This document shows, one piece after another, positions 1-8,778 of a stretch of 61,542 bases of DNA. Numbering within the stretch: the stretch's first letter is position 1; every line of letters begins with the position of its first letter. Source of the stretch: Betaproteobacteria bacterium (lineage in GTDB: Bacteria > Pseudomonadota > Gammaproteobacteria > Burkholderiales > Usitatibacteraceae); NCBI GenBank assembly GCA_043768625.1, contig JAYVKG010000028.1, positions 1 through 61,542 of the forward strand, written 5' to 3'. The notes under the pieces are model-generated. The model did no database searches. It was not told where the DNA came from and worked only from the letters and a program-made list of their open reading frames with translations. The position numbers were made by a program, and so were the translations under genes.

Positions 1-584
1 GCGGACATTCAAACAGACCTGGAAGGCTTGATGGGCGACGGCAAGCTGCAGAAATCATTGCACGCCAAGAAATATTTTGACGCGCGCTTTGGCTTGCCAC
101 CCGTGAGCGAAATCTTGAAGGAGTTAGAAAAACCAGGACGCTATCCACGACCCGCATTCATAATCGCTGCCTTTCAAGACGGCGTGGAAAACCTGCGCGA
201 CCTGCAGGCTGGCATAATTTTAGAGGTGTGGTGATGAACGTGGCCGCATTTGGCGCATTTGTTGATATCGGCGTACATCAGGATAGGCTGGTGCATATTT
301 CCGCGCTGGCGGAAAAATTTGTGAAGAATCCTCACGATGTTGTGAAAGCAGGTGACGTGGTGGAAGTTAAGGTGGTGGAAGTTGACGAGAAACGCTAACC
401 GGTCGCGCTGACGATGCGCTTGAACGAATCCGCCAAGCCAAGCGATAAATATTCAGACACTAGTATTGGTGCGCCTTCCAGACCAAAAAAGCCTGAAAAT
501 ACCCGTCAGTCGGCGATCTCCGTGGCTGCCACCTCGCCGGGCGCGATGCCAGCGGCGTTTGCGAAATTGAAGGCACGCAGCTAA
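1..584 (+). pseudogene. tex: Transcription accessory protein Tex, C-terminal HhH/S1 part, disrupted; 5' end lies outside the window
   Basis: Frame 1 (1-234) reads ..[31 protein letters not shown] and then stops at 232-234. The S1 domain continues in frame 3 from ~225 ([57 protein letters not shown]). It hits an in-frame TAA at 396-398, then reads PVALTMRL.. to TAA 582-584. Confidence 0.7.
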
Positions 585-659
585 AGGTAGTACGATTGTT
601 TTGGCCACTGTGCAATGGCGATGCATTACCTGCGGGGCAACGGGGGTGCAAGCAAATTT

Positions 660-1478
660 CTAAAAGTCTTTCACCACATGCTGCTGCCGCCGGCTCACCG
701 CCAGCCTTTCAGGTATGCCGCGTATTACTACCGCCCAGTGGGTGGCGCCGCTTTCGCCCCTTTCTTCTTTTCCCGCCAGTTGCTGGTCGCCTTCGCTATC
801 GGCACCGCCATCGGCCATTTTTTCAAATCCAACCACGGCTTTCGTGGCCACCAGTGTATTGCGATGGATGCGAATAAACAAACCGCTAAACTCTTCGCCA
901 AGCTTGGTCAGCGATTCTTCAAGTAGAAATTCCTTTTGCGCTGTCCGAACCGTGACGTACTTTAGTTCCGCCTTGAGGTACAAGATATCGTCCAGGGGCA
1001 CCAGTACTATCTTGCCGCGTTCATGGATTGACAGGTGTTTGCGTCTTGCCTGCGCCAACCCGGCGATTGCTTCGGCCTGTGCCGGTTTGAGGGTGGTTGC
1101 TTTGTTCAGCGCGGTAAGCAGGCGTTCCTGGCGGATCGGTTTCAACAGGTAATCGATGGCGTTCAGTTCAAACGCGTTAACGGCATATTGATCAAATGCC
1201 GTTACAAAAATGAGTTTGGGGGGCGCGTCCATGCCGGCGATATGACGCGCCACTTCCAGCCCGTCCATAATCGGCATCCGGATATCCGTAAGTACAATAT
1301 CAATGCCGCCCTGGTTGATGATATCTAGGGCTTCCACGCCGTTGGCGGCTTCATCGGCAATCGTCAGCGGAAACTGGTCCCGGCAATCGTCGAGCAAATC
1401 GCGTAGGCGCCGGCGCGCGGGAATTTCATCATCGACAATCAGAATGCGGGCAGCGGGGTTTGGTAAAGTCGGCGGCAT
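660..1478 (-). CDS. algR: LytTR-family response regulator (AlgR-like)
   Basis: N-terminal receiver (ILIVDDE.., VLTDIRMPIMDG, KLIFVTAF) and C-terminal LytTR DNA-binding domain (LYLKAELKYVTVRT.., IRIHRN). Sits 31 nt downstream of the cognate kinase gene. Confidence 0.9.
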   Translation of the reverse strand: MPPTLPNPAARILIVDDEIPARRRLRDLLDDCRDQFPLTIADEAANGVEALDIINQGGIDIVLTDIRMPIMDGLEVARHIAGMDAPPKLIFVTAFDQYAVNAFELNAIDYLLKPIRQERLLTALNKATTLKPAQAEAIAGLAQARRKHLSIHERGKIVLVPLDDILYLKAELKYVTVRTAQKEFLLEESLTKLGEEFSGLFIRIHRNTLVATKAVVGFEKMADGGADSEGDQQLAGKEERGESGATHWAVVIRGIPERLAVSRRQQHVVKDF

Positions 1479-1509
1479 TATCGTGGCGGCTTATTTTCGT
1501 TGGCGGCGA

Positions 1510-2556
1510 TTAAAGATCCTGGGTACGCACCGGCAAAGTGATCTTGACCACATAGGTTTGATCCTTGACTTCCGCTTTTAAGCTGGCTTCGGCATCAAAG
1601 TGTAGCTGCAAGCGCTCCTTAATGTTGGTAATTGCCATGCGATTACCTGATACATGCGAAGAATCGGTATCAAAGGGGTTGGTGAGCTTGATGCTGAAGT
1701 GCTTGCCCCTGGAGACGATTTCAATTGTTAGCGTACCGGGCACCAGGCGAGGCTCGATGCCGTGGTAGACGGCGTTTTCGACCAGCGGCTGCAAAATCAA
1801 CGGCGGCACCAGTGCGTGGGTCGGCATGCCATCGATTTTCCAGACTACCACCAGCCGCTCACCGAGGCGAATTTCTTCGATCTCCAGATAGCGTTTGCAG
1901 AGCGTGATCTCATCAGTCAGCGGCGTGAGTTTGCGATTGTCTGCCATCAGCACGCGGAACAGCTCCGCCATGTCTTCAAGCATGCGTTCGGCCCGTTTGG
2001 GCTCGGAACGGATCAGGGACAATACGGCGTTGATACTGTTGAACAGGAAGTGCGGCCGGATCCGCGCCTGCAAGGCCTGCAGACGTGCCTCGGTCAGCGC
2101 GGGAGAAAGCGCGCGCGAACGCAAATCCAGGTAGAGCAGCGCAAAACCGGTGGCAAACGCAAACAAAAAGCCATACTGCCAGGGCGAAATCGGTTGCGAG
2201 AACGGAGTAATGATTTCCAGCCACCACCAAAACATCGCGCCGATGATGGCCTCCAACAGCAGAATCGCCGTGATCGCCTGCCAGTAGTGTAGTTTGGCAA
2301 ACAATTTTCGTAGCGCGCACATGACCAGTAACGAAAAAATGATCGCCGGCTGCGCTACCGCTGAAATGAACAGAAATTGTTGCCAGAGATCGCGCGCCTC
2401 GGCACGCACCACGGCAGCGGCAAAGCAAAGCAGGTTTACGATCAGCAACAGCCGCAACATGATGCCAAGATTACAAAAATCAGGCAGCCGCACCCTCGCC
2501 GTGGTTGGCGCAGCCGATAAGGTTTGCCCGGAAGTACGATGCTTTATACTCATCAT
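1510..2556 (-). CDS. algZ: LytS/AlgZ(FimS)-type sensor histidine kinase
   Basis: Multi-TM N-terminus, His_kinase motif (IRPHFLFNSINAV) and HATPase region (LILQPLVENAVYHG). The track ORF runs to 2985 but that part overlaps argH. I call the start at the ATG-ATG at 2556/2553 (MMSIKHR..). Confidence 0.85.
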   Translation of the reverse strand: MMSIKHRTSGQTLSAAPTTARVRLPDFCNLGIMLRLLLIVNLLCFAAAVVRAEARDLWQQFLFISAVAQPAIIFSLLVMCALRKLFAKLHYWQAITAILLLEAIIGAMFWWWLEIITPFSQPISPWQYGFLFAFATGFALLYLDLRSRALSPALTEARLQALQARIRPHFLFNSINAVLSLIRSEPKRAERMLEDMAELFRVLMADNRKLTPLTDEITLCKRYLEIEEIRLGERLVVVWKIDGMPTHALVPPLILQPLVENAVYHGIEPRLVPGTLTIEIVSRGKHFSIKLTNPFDTDSSHVSGNRMAITNIKERLQLHFDAEASLKAEVKDQTYVVKITLPVRTQDL

Positions 2557-2598
2557 GACTCGATTGTGAGCGATTTTTCCACAGATTGATAATGCCTT

Positions 2599-4032
2599 AT
2601 GTCGAATAAGCCACGTGCGCCCCGGCCTGCAAATTTGGTATCGCCGGACCTGAAGGGCCATTTTTCTGGCCGATTTTCGGAACCGGTAATGGAGCTTGTC
2701 AAGCGTTTCACCGCGTCTGTCACGTTCGATCAACGCCTGGCTTCGGTCGACATACTTGGCTCTTTGGCACATGCCCGAATGCTGGCGCGGCAGGACGTGA
2801 TCACGCCGGATGACCTGGCCGCGATCGAGCGCGGAATGGGTGAGATCGAAGCGGATATTTCCGCGGGACGATTTGAATGGCGGATCGACCTTGAAGATGT
2901 GCACATGAATATTGAGTCGCGCCTGATCGCAATGATTGGCGACGCGGGTAAACGTTTGCACACCGGCCGCTCCCGCAACGATCAAATCGCCACTGATATC
3001 CGGCTGTGGCTGCGCGGCGAGATTGACGGTCTTATCGACCGGCTGCGGACTCTGCAGTCAGCGCTGATCGGGCTGGCTGAACGGCATACCGATACCATCA
3101 TGCCCGGCTTTACGCATTTGCAGGTGGCGCAACCGGTGACGTTCGGGCATCACATAATGGCCTACGTGGAAATGTTGTTGCGTGACGAAGCTCGCATGGC
3201 TGATTGCCGCAAGCGCGTGAATCGCCTGCCGTTGGGAGCTGCCGCGCTGGCCGGCACCAGCTACCCGATCGACCGCGAATCGGTGGCGGAGGAATTGGGT
3301 TTCGATGGCGTCTGTGAGAATTCGCTGGACGCCGTGTCCGACCGCGATTTCGCCATTGAATTCGTTTCCGCTGCGGCGCTGGTAATGACCCATCTTTCCC
3401 GGTTTTCCGAGGAATTGATCATCTGGATGAGTCAAAGCGTCGGCTTCATCGACCTGCCCGACCGGTTCTGCTATTCCTCATCCATCATGCCGCAGAAGAA
3501 AAATCCCGACGTCCCTGAACTGATCCGGGGCAAAACCGGACGGGTGAATGGACATCTGGTTGCGCTGTTGACGTTGATGAAAGGTCAGCCACTGGCCTAC
3601 AACAAGGATAATCAGGAAGACAAGGAACCGTTGTTTGACACCGTCGATACGGTTCGCGATTCGCTCACCATTATGGCTGATCTGGCAGCAGCAATCGAAG
3701 TGCGAACAGCGCGCATGGCGGCGGCAGCAGAGCGCGGCTTTGCCACTGCAACCGACCTGGCGGACTATCTGGTCAGGAAGGGATTGGCGTTTCGCGACGC
3801 GCATGAAGCGGTGGCGCGGGCGGTGCGCGATGCGGAAAAGTCAGGCAAGGAATTGTCGGCCTTGCCGCTGGATGTCTTGCGGGGCTATTCGATGTTGGTG
3901 GAGGACGATGTATATGCCGTTCTGTCCGTGGAGGGCTCAGTCGCCAGTCGCGATCATATTGGTGGGACCGCACCGAGGCAGGTAAGGTTAGCGGTGGAGA
4001 AGGCCAGGCAGCGTCTGTCGCTGCCCCGCTGA
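2599..4032 (+). CDS. argH: Argininosuccinate lyase
   Basis: Full-length 477 aa with the fumarate-lyase signature region ([12 protein letters not shown]) and typical ArgH N-terminus (GRFSEP..). Confidence 0.97.
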   Translation: MSNKPRAPRPANLVSPDLKGHFSGRFSEPVMELVKRFTASVTFDQRLASVDILGSLAHARMLARQDVITPDDLAAIERGMGEIEADISAGRFEWRIDLEDVHMNIESRLIAMIGDAGKRLHTGRSRNDQIATDIRLWLRGEIDGLIDRLRTLQSALIGLAERHTDTIMPGFTHLQVAQPVTFGHHIMAYVEMLLRDEARMADCRKRVNRLPLGAAALAGTSYPIDRESVAEELGFDGVCENSLDAVSDRDFAIEFVSAAALVMTHLSRFSEELIIWMSQSVGFIDLPDRFCYSSSIMPQKKNPDVPELIRGKTGRVNGHLVALLTLMKGQPLAYNKDNQEDKEPLFDTVDTVRDSLTIMADLAAAIEVRTARMAAAAERGFATATDLADYLVRKGLAFRDAHEAVARAVRDAEKSGKELSALPLDVLRGYSMLVEDDVYAVLSVEGSVASRDHIGGTAPRQVRLAVEKARQRLSLPR

Positions 4033-4207
4033 CAAAGTATTCTTCTCGGCGCGCTATCGGCAAACGCCGTGTCGCCTATTTACCGGCAGATGACCAACCG
4101 AATTGCGCCCTGCCTGGCTCTAAGTCCATATTGTCACCTTGGGTGTTCCCCTCGTTCCAATGAAAACACAAAGACAAGCCAGTTAATATTTCAAGCACCC
4201 CGCGTCG

Positions 4208-4804
4208 CTACTCCTCTTCTTCCTCGCTGCCAGCACCCTTCTCCTCATATAACCAGCAAATCTTGCGCGTCTCCGGCCCCGACAGCCTGTCCCCCATCAA
4301 TCCGCAGCGGTAGGCTCGCGCAGACAGGCGTTCAAAATGCCTACAACCGCTACAGGTACCAAATGGCTGGCCTTCATTGTCGGCCTGAAAAGTAGTCAGG
4401 GTTTCGCGCAAGGCTGATACGGCATTGCGGATACGATTGGGGCTGATGTTACGGGTGGCGTGCTGCCAGGCGATTTGCGGCTGGGCATCGTACAAGAATT
4501 GTTCACCGCTGGTAGAAAGTCGCAGCCGCACCACGCGACGGTCGAGATCGTCCTGATAGCGTTCAATCAGTCCGCGTCGGTCGAGTAGCAGCAGGCTTTG
4601 CGACATGGTGCCTTTGGTCAAGCCGAGGTATTCAGACATCGCCTGTGGTGTATTCGAGTACCGATTGGCACGCGTCAGGTAGACCAGGGCATGCACATGT
4701 ACTGGCTGCAACTGCTCGTCGGCACCGGCGCGGCGAAACTCAGCGCGCAGCAGATTGCCCAAGCGCTCAACCAACTCCAGAAGTACTTCGGGGCTCTTAT
4801 CCAC
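4208..4804 (-). CDS. MarR-family transcriptional regulator with C-terminal Cys-rich extension and acidic tail
   Basis: Winged-helix MarR core (LVYLTRANRYSNTPQAMSEYLGLTKGTMSQSLLLLDRRGLI..DRRVVRLRLT). GTG start. The C-terminus carries C-x2-C-x12-C-x15-C and ends in SEEEEE. Confidence 0.8.
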   Translation of the reverse strand: MDKSPEVLLELVERLGNLLRAEFRRAGADEQLQPVHVHALVYLTRANRYSNTPQAMSEYLGLTKGTMSQSLLLLDRRGLIERYQDDLDRRVVRLRLSTSGEQFLYDAQPQIAWQHATRNISPNRIRNAVSALRETLTTFQADNEGQPFGTCSGCRHFERLSARAYRCGLMGDRLSGPETRKICWLYEEKGAGSEEEEE

Positions 4805-4982
4805 AGCGGTCGATATCAGTGTTCAGCTTATGCATTTTTATTGCCGTGGATCGCTTCCTGCAAAAACTAGTTTCGAGTCGACACTTTTCAAAGTCGATTT
4901 TTAACCAAGTATTTTTGGTGTTGACCCGATACTAAACCGGACGCTTACTTTTAACAAGCGGTGTATCTCGCCAATTGCAGAA

Positions 4983-5318
4983 TCAAATTGTGATTGACAT
5001 CACATTTCCGCTTTGCAAAGAGATGACGCGCGACAGCAGTGATGCGAGTTGCTCACTGCTGCGCGTATCGCGCCATGCCGCACCATCAAAACGAAAATGA
5101 AAGCCACCGGATTTAGCAGCCACCCAAATTTCGCGATTAAAAGTCTGGCGATTGATTATCACCTTGCTGTGATTGTCGAATTCCAGCGTCAAAATACCGC
5201 CGCTAATTTCGCTATCTACGTCAATCTCCCCACCATCGATTGCCGCTTCAATCGCGGCAAACACCGCATCCACACGCGCGTGAAAAGCGCTCTCGTCGGC
5301 CAGAATCTGCGTATTCAT
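4983..5318 (-). CDS. cyaY: Frataxin-like iron donor CyaY
   Basis: 111 aa. Typical CyaY layout (acidic N-terminal helix; GGILTLEF..SKVIINRQ..REIWVAA.SGGFHF). Confidence 0.9.
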   Translation of the reverse strand: MNTQILADESAFHARVDAVFAAIEAAIDGGEIDVDSEISGGILTLEFDNHSKVIINRQTFNREIWVAAKSGGFHFRFDGAAWRDTRSSEQLASLLSRVISLQSGNVMSITI

Positions 5319-5371
5319 ACCCGTGATACCATCCTTTCAAATCGTCCGCCATCTCTTAATCTCACTCTGCC

Positions 5372-5512
5372 ATGCGCCACGTTGCCTTCATTCTAGCCGC
5401 TTTGATATTCTCAGCCTGCATCGCCGCGTGCGGTCAGAAGGGTGCCCTCAAGTTACCGCAAGAGCGGCCTTCACCAAAAGCTGAAACGGTCTCATCAGGT
5501 GCCGCGAAATGA
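5372..5512 (+). CDS. lptM: Small lipoprotein LptM/LppL (YifL family)
   Basis: 46-aa ORF, too short for the ORF track: MRHVAFILAALIFSACIAACGQKGALKLPQERP... It has a lipobox (IAAC) and the CGQKG.L.LP motif. Its TGA overlaps the lysA ATG (ATGA at 5509-5512). It occupies the conserved slot between cyaY and lysA. Confidence 0.75.
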   Translation: MRHVAFILAALIFSACIAACGQKGALKLPQERPSPKAETVSSGAAK

Positions 5513-6813
5513 GTTCCAATTTGCTTACTTTCGGCGTCCATCGCCTCCGCCCAGACGGGGAACTGATGATGGAAGGCCTGCCACTCAACTACATTGCGGC
5601 GCGTTTCGGTACACCGTGTTTCGTTTATTCCAAAGCAGCACTGGTGGGTGCCTATCAACGACTCGATGACGCATTAAGGATCGCCCGCGGGGGCCGACCT
5701 TACCTGATTTGTTATGCGGTCAAAGCCAATTCCAACCTCGCGGTTCTAGCCCTGTTTGCCAAGCTCGGCGCCGGTTTCGACATAGTCTCCGGCGGTGAAT
5801 TGATGCGCGTGCTGAAGGCCGGCGGCGATCCCGGCAAGGTGGTGTTCTCAGGACTTGGCAAGACGGTTGCTGAAATGCGAATGGCGCTTGAAGCGAATAT
5901 TAAATGTTTTAACGTCGAGAGCGAGTCGGAGTTGGAACGGCTCAACGAGGTCGCCGCCCGCGTTGGCAGCAAGGCCCGCATCAGCCTTCGCGTCAATCCC
6001 GATGTGGATGCAAAGACGCATCCGTATATTTCCACCGGTCTTAAAAACAACAAGTTCGGGATCGCCGTTGAGCGTGCCATGGCGGTATACCAGCGCGCCG
6101 TGCTGCTTTCGCATATTCAGGTCGTTGGCGTCGATTGCCACATTGGCTCCCAGCTCACGGATGACGCGCCGCTGCAGGAGGCAATGGGACGCATCGTGGC
6201 ACTGGCCGATGCGCTCGCGCGGGAAGGCGTGGTCGTGGATCACGTTTGTCCGGGTGGCGGGCTGGGCATCACATACAAGGATGAGACCGCCATCGATTTG
6301 AACAGTTATGCGCGCGCGTTGCAGGCGAGCCTGGGGGACAGAAAGGTTGAACTTCTGCTGGAACCGGGCCGGATATTAGTCGGCAATGCCGGTGTGCTGC
6401 TGTCCCGGGTGGAATACGTGAAACTGACAGACAGCAAAAGCTTTCTGGTGATCGATGCGGCGATGAATGATTTGATCCGTCCTGCGCTTTACCAGGCGCA
6501 TCATGAAGTCGTGATGGCGGGATGCCCCCGCACCGACACCACGACAGCAATTTACGACGTGGTGGGACCCGTTTGCGAGAGTGCCGATGTGCTCGCTCAT
6601 GCGCGCGCACTGGCGGCACGCGAAGGCGATGTTGTAGCCATTTTGTCAGCAGGTGCTTACAGCTTTGCGATGTCGTCAAATTACAACTCGCGCCCCCGCG
6701 CAGCAGAGGTATTGGTCGATGGCGAACATGCGGTTGTGGTCCGCGAACGCGAGAGTTTTGATGATCTGGTTCGGCTCGAACGTCTACAATCCAATGTAGC
6801 GGAACTTGATTAG
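5509..6813 (+). CDS. lysA: Diaminopimelate decarboxylase
   Basis: 434 aa. PLP-dependent Orn/DAP/Arg decarboxylase motifs ([23 protein letters not shown]). Confidence 0.95.
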   Translation: MSSNLLTFGVHRLRPDGELMMEGLPLNYIAARFGTPCFVYSKAALVGAYQRLDDALRIARGGRPYLICYAVKANSNLAVLALFAKLGAGFDIVSGGELMRVLKAGGDPGKVVFSGLGKTVAEMRMALEANIKCFNVESESELERLNEVAARVGSKARISLRVNPDVDAKTHPYISTGLKNNKFGIAVERAMAVYQRAVLLSHIQVVGVDCHIGSQLTDDAPLQEAMGRIVALADALAREGVVVDHVCPGGGLGITYKDETAIDLNSYARALQASLGDRKVELLLEPGRILVGNAGVLLSRVEYVKLTDSKSFLVIDAAMNDLIRPALYQAHHEVVMAGCPRTDTTTAIYDVVGPVCESADVLAHARALAAREGDVVAILSAGAYSFAMSSNYNSRPRAAEVLVDGEHAVVVRERESFDDLVRLERLQSNVAELD

Positions 6814-6835
6814 TATCGAAACGATACTAATTTGC
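6810..6835 (+). terminator. Hairpin overlapping the lysA stop codon, possible intrinsic terminator
   Basis: Perfect 9-bp stem ttagtatcg / cgatactaa with an aaa loop, followed by ttt. The stem is AT-rich, so strength is uncertain. Confidence 0.45.
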
Positions 6836-7129
6836 AAATTGCGTGTGCAAATAACCACTCTAGACACGCGTTAAAACTGGTGTTCCAAAAAACTTCTGTA
6901 ATAGAATCCGCTTCACCAAGTGCTCGTGTTGCTGATGGCAAACTCGTTTTATTTTATGATTGGAATGCCGAAAGCAGTACGGGTTGAGTGAGGTTGCTCT
7001 GCACCTGAATCCCAGTCTGCGCAGTTGTCCTGACTCAATCGTTCGACAGAATGAATTCTTGGTAGTGCGGCAAATCAACGCGGCGCTATATACAAGCAAT
7101 TCGGTCCAACCATCGAAAGGAGTTTGATC

Positions 7130-7507
7130 ATGGCAACAGCCAAGAAAAAGCCGGCAGCTAAAAAAGCCGCAAAGAAGCCAGCAGCAAAGAAGCCAGCAGC
7201 AAAAAAAGTAGCAAAGAAACCAGCGGCCAAAAAACCGGCAGCAAAAAAGAAGCCCGCAGCCAAAAAACCGGCAGCGAAAAAGAAGCCCGCAGCAAAGAAG
7301 AAACCCGCCGCTAAAAAGAAGGTAGCCGCCAAGAAAAAGCCGGCCGCCAAGAAAAAAGCTGCGCCTAAAAAGAAAGCTGCTGCTAAAAAGAAACCAGCCA
7401 AGAAGAAGGCTGCTCCCAAGAAGAAAGCCGCTGCGAAACCCATGGCCGTAAGGCCGGCGCCGATGGTCACCCCGGTGATCACGCCGCTCATCAAACCGAT
7501 GGGCTGA
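7130..7507 (+). CDS. Histone H1-like / AlgP-like Lys-Ala-Pro repeat nucleoid protein
   Basis: An AAGGAG SD lies 7 nt upstream of the ATG at 7130. The protein is almost entirely (K)KPAAKK repeats, then a non-basic tail PMAVRPAPMVTPVITPLIKPMG. The antisense ORF is a repeat artefact. Confidence 0.8.
   Translation: MATAKKKPAAKKAAKKPAAKKPAAKKVAKKPAAKKPAAKKKPAAKKPAAKKKPAAKKKPAAKKKVAAKKKPAAKKKAAPKKKAAAKKKPAKKKAAPKKKAAAKPMAVRPAPMVTPVITPLIKPMG
7139..7440 (+). repeat. Imperfect tandem coding repeats (aag/aaa-cca/ccg-gca-gcn-aag-aag units) inside the H1-like gene
   Basis: Iterated aagaagccagcagcaaag / aaaaaaccggcagc units are visible by eye across ~300 nt. Confidence 0.8.
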
Positions 7508-7530
7508 ATGTCTCGCTAAGGTAATCGTTG

Positions 7531-7581
7531 GAATCCGATCCGTGTAGAGAAGGCTTCGGCCCGCTTCCGCCGGATCGGATT
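7531..7581 (+). terminator. Long-loop inverted repeat downstream of the H1-like gene
   Basis: gaatccgatccg (7531-7542) pairs with cggatcggatt (7571-7581). The loop contains a ggcttcggcc mini-hairpin. No clear T-run. Confidence 0.35.
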
Positions 7582-7719
7582 ATTCATATGAAAACACACT
7601 TCTTTGTCACCCGACGTTCGAATTCCCGTCCTCGCGGCCCAAACAAGCCGCGGCGGGATCGTCCCAGCCGGTAACGCTGCCCGCGTAGTCGACGCCGTAA
7701 CTTGGTTGCGGGTGGGACG

Positions 7720-8070
7720 CTACTTGTCCGCGCGTTTGTAAAATAGTTGCGCGTAAATCGACGCCATCGCGGCGATCGTAAGTACGTAAAGAATTGGCAC
7801 CAGGATAATCAGATCCATTCGTAGCGTACTGCTTCCCGGCATTTGCGCGGAAATCGCGGCAAATTGCAATTCGTAAAGATTGAAAATCAACCAGAGCAGT
7901 CCCGCAAAGACCGGCGCTTCGCGAAAAAAATGGCGTTCAAACAATGCTCCCTTGCGTAGCGACTGCCAGGCTTGCACGCCGACAAATAGAGCGGCAATTA
8001 AGACACCCGCATAGTGCCAGATGGCAATAAGCTTCGCTGGTCCAAAAAAGATCCAGTCAACAAGCTCCAA
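7720..8070 (-). CDS. Small hypothetical membrane protein (about 4 TM)
   Basis: 116-aa hydrophobic ORF starting 9 nt downstream of the mtgA stop on the same strand. No family recognised. Confidence 0.55.
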   Translation of the reverse strand: MELVDWIFFGPAKLIAIWHYAGVLIAALFVGVQAWQSLRKGALFERHFFREAPVFAGLLWLIFNLYELQFAAISAQMPGSSTLRMDLIILVPILYVLTIAAMASIYAQLFYKRADK

Positions 8071-8079
8071 AGTCGACTT

Positions 8080-8778
8080 TCACGGCAGCTGCGCCCGCGG
8101 CATACGGCCGAGAATAATCTGCGTTTTTTTGAGCAGCCACGGTGCGTTGCGGTTGCGGTCATAAAAGCGCGGCCGCGGCACCATGGCCGCCAGCTTCGCG
8201 GCTTGTTCCCCGGAAAGCTGCGCGGCACTAATGTCAAAATAATGCCGTGCGGCCGCTTCGACACCAAACACACCATCACCCCACTCAATTACGTTAAGGT
8301 AGATTTCCAGGATGCGTTGTTTGTTGAGCATCCGCTCCATCAACAAGGTGATTAGCGCCTCTTCGCTCTTGCGTAGCATCGAGCGCTCACCCGACAAAAA
8401 GAGATTCTTTGCGAGTTGCTGCGAAATAGTTGACCCGCCGGCGACGACTTTGCCTTTTTTCTGGTTTTTGTCCATCGCCTTCTGAATGCCTTCCCAATCA
8501 AAGCCTTCGTGATCTGCGAACCGGTCATCCTCAGCCACCAGGATGGCGCGTTTCAGGTGGTGGGAAATCTTTTCGTAGGGCACCCATTGCTGCTGTAGTT
8601 TTGCCGCAGGGTTTTTCTCGCGCATTATTGCCAGCCGCGCGTCCATGAATGCGGTCGACGCCGGATTGTGATCCTCCCACCACCACAGTTTTAGCGCCAC
8701 ATAGCCCTGATAAGCAAGAACTGCGGCAATGATCAGACCAAGGATTACAAACAAATAGCGGAATGCCCAGCCAATCAC
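8080..8778 (-). CDS. mtgA: Monofunctional biosynthetic peptidoglycan transglycosylase
   Basis: N-terminal TM anchor plus GT51 motifs (AILVAEDDRFADHEGFDW, GGSTISQQLAKN). 4-nt overlap with aroE. Confidence 0.93.
   Translation of the reverse strand: MIGWAFRYLFVILGLIIAAVLAYQGYVALKLWWWEDHNPASTAFMDARLAIMREKNPAAKLQQQWVPYEKISHHLKRAILVAEDDRFADHEGFDWEGIQKAMDKNQKKGKVVAGGSTISQQLAKNLFLSGERSMLRKSEEALITLLMERMLNKQRILEIYLNVIEWGDGVFGVEAAARHYFDISAAQLSGEQAAKLAAMVPRPRFYDRNRNAPWLLKKTQIILGRMPRAQLP

Noticed and set aside
2557-2985. N-terminal 143-aa extension of the algZ-like ORF in the supplied track
   Set aside because: The extension overlaps the argH coding region on the opposite strand and has no kinase-like or membrane features. 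The kinase sequence proper begins at the ATG pair at 2556/2553.
7139-7440. Short tandem repeats that might superficially suggest a CRISPR-like or minisatellite array
   Set aside because: The repeats are contiguous, in-frame coding units of 15-24 nt with no spacers. They are fully explained by the KPAA-repeat protein.
7075-7494. 139-aa minus-strand ORF (AAGFFLAA.. repeats) antisense to the H1-like gene
   Set aside because: It is the mirror image of the Lys/Ala repeat coding (aag/gcn read backwards gives Phe/Ala/Gly). It has no SD and its composition is implausible. The plus-strand gene has a strong SD and a known protein type.
7611-7641. tRNA-like 3' fragment (cgacgttcgaattcccgtcctcgcggccca), a possible integration-site remnant
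   Set aside because: The T-loop-like ttcgaat is present, but flanking bases do not form a 5-bp T-stem. No matching acceptor 5' strand or anticodon arm can be folded upstream. No integrase or island features are nearby.
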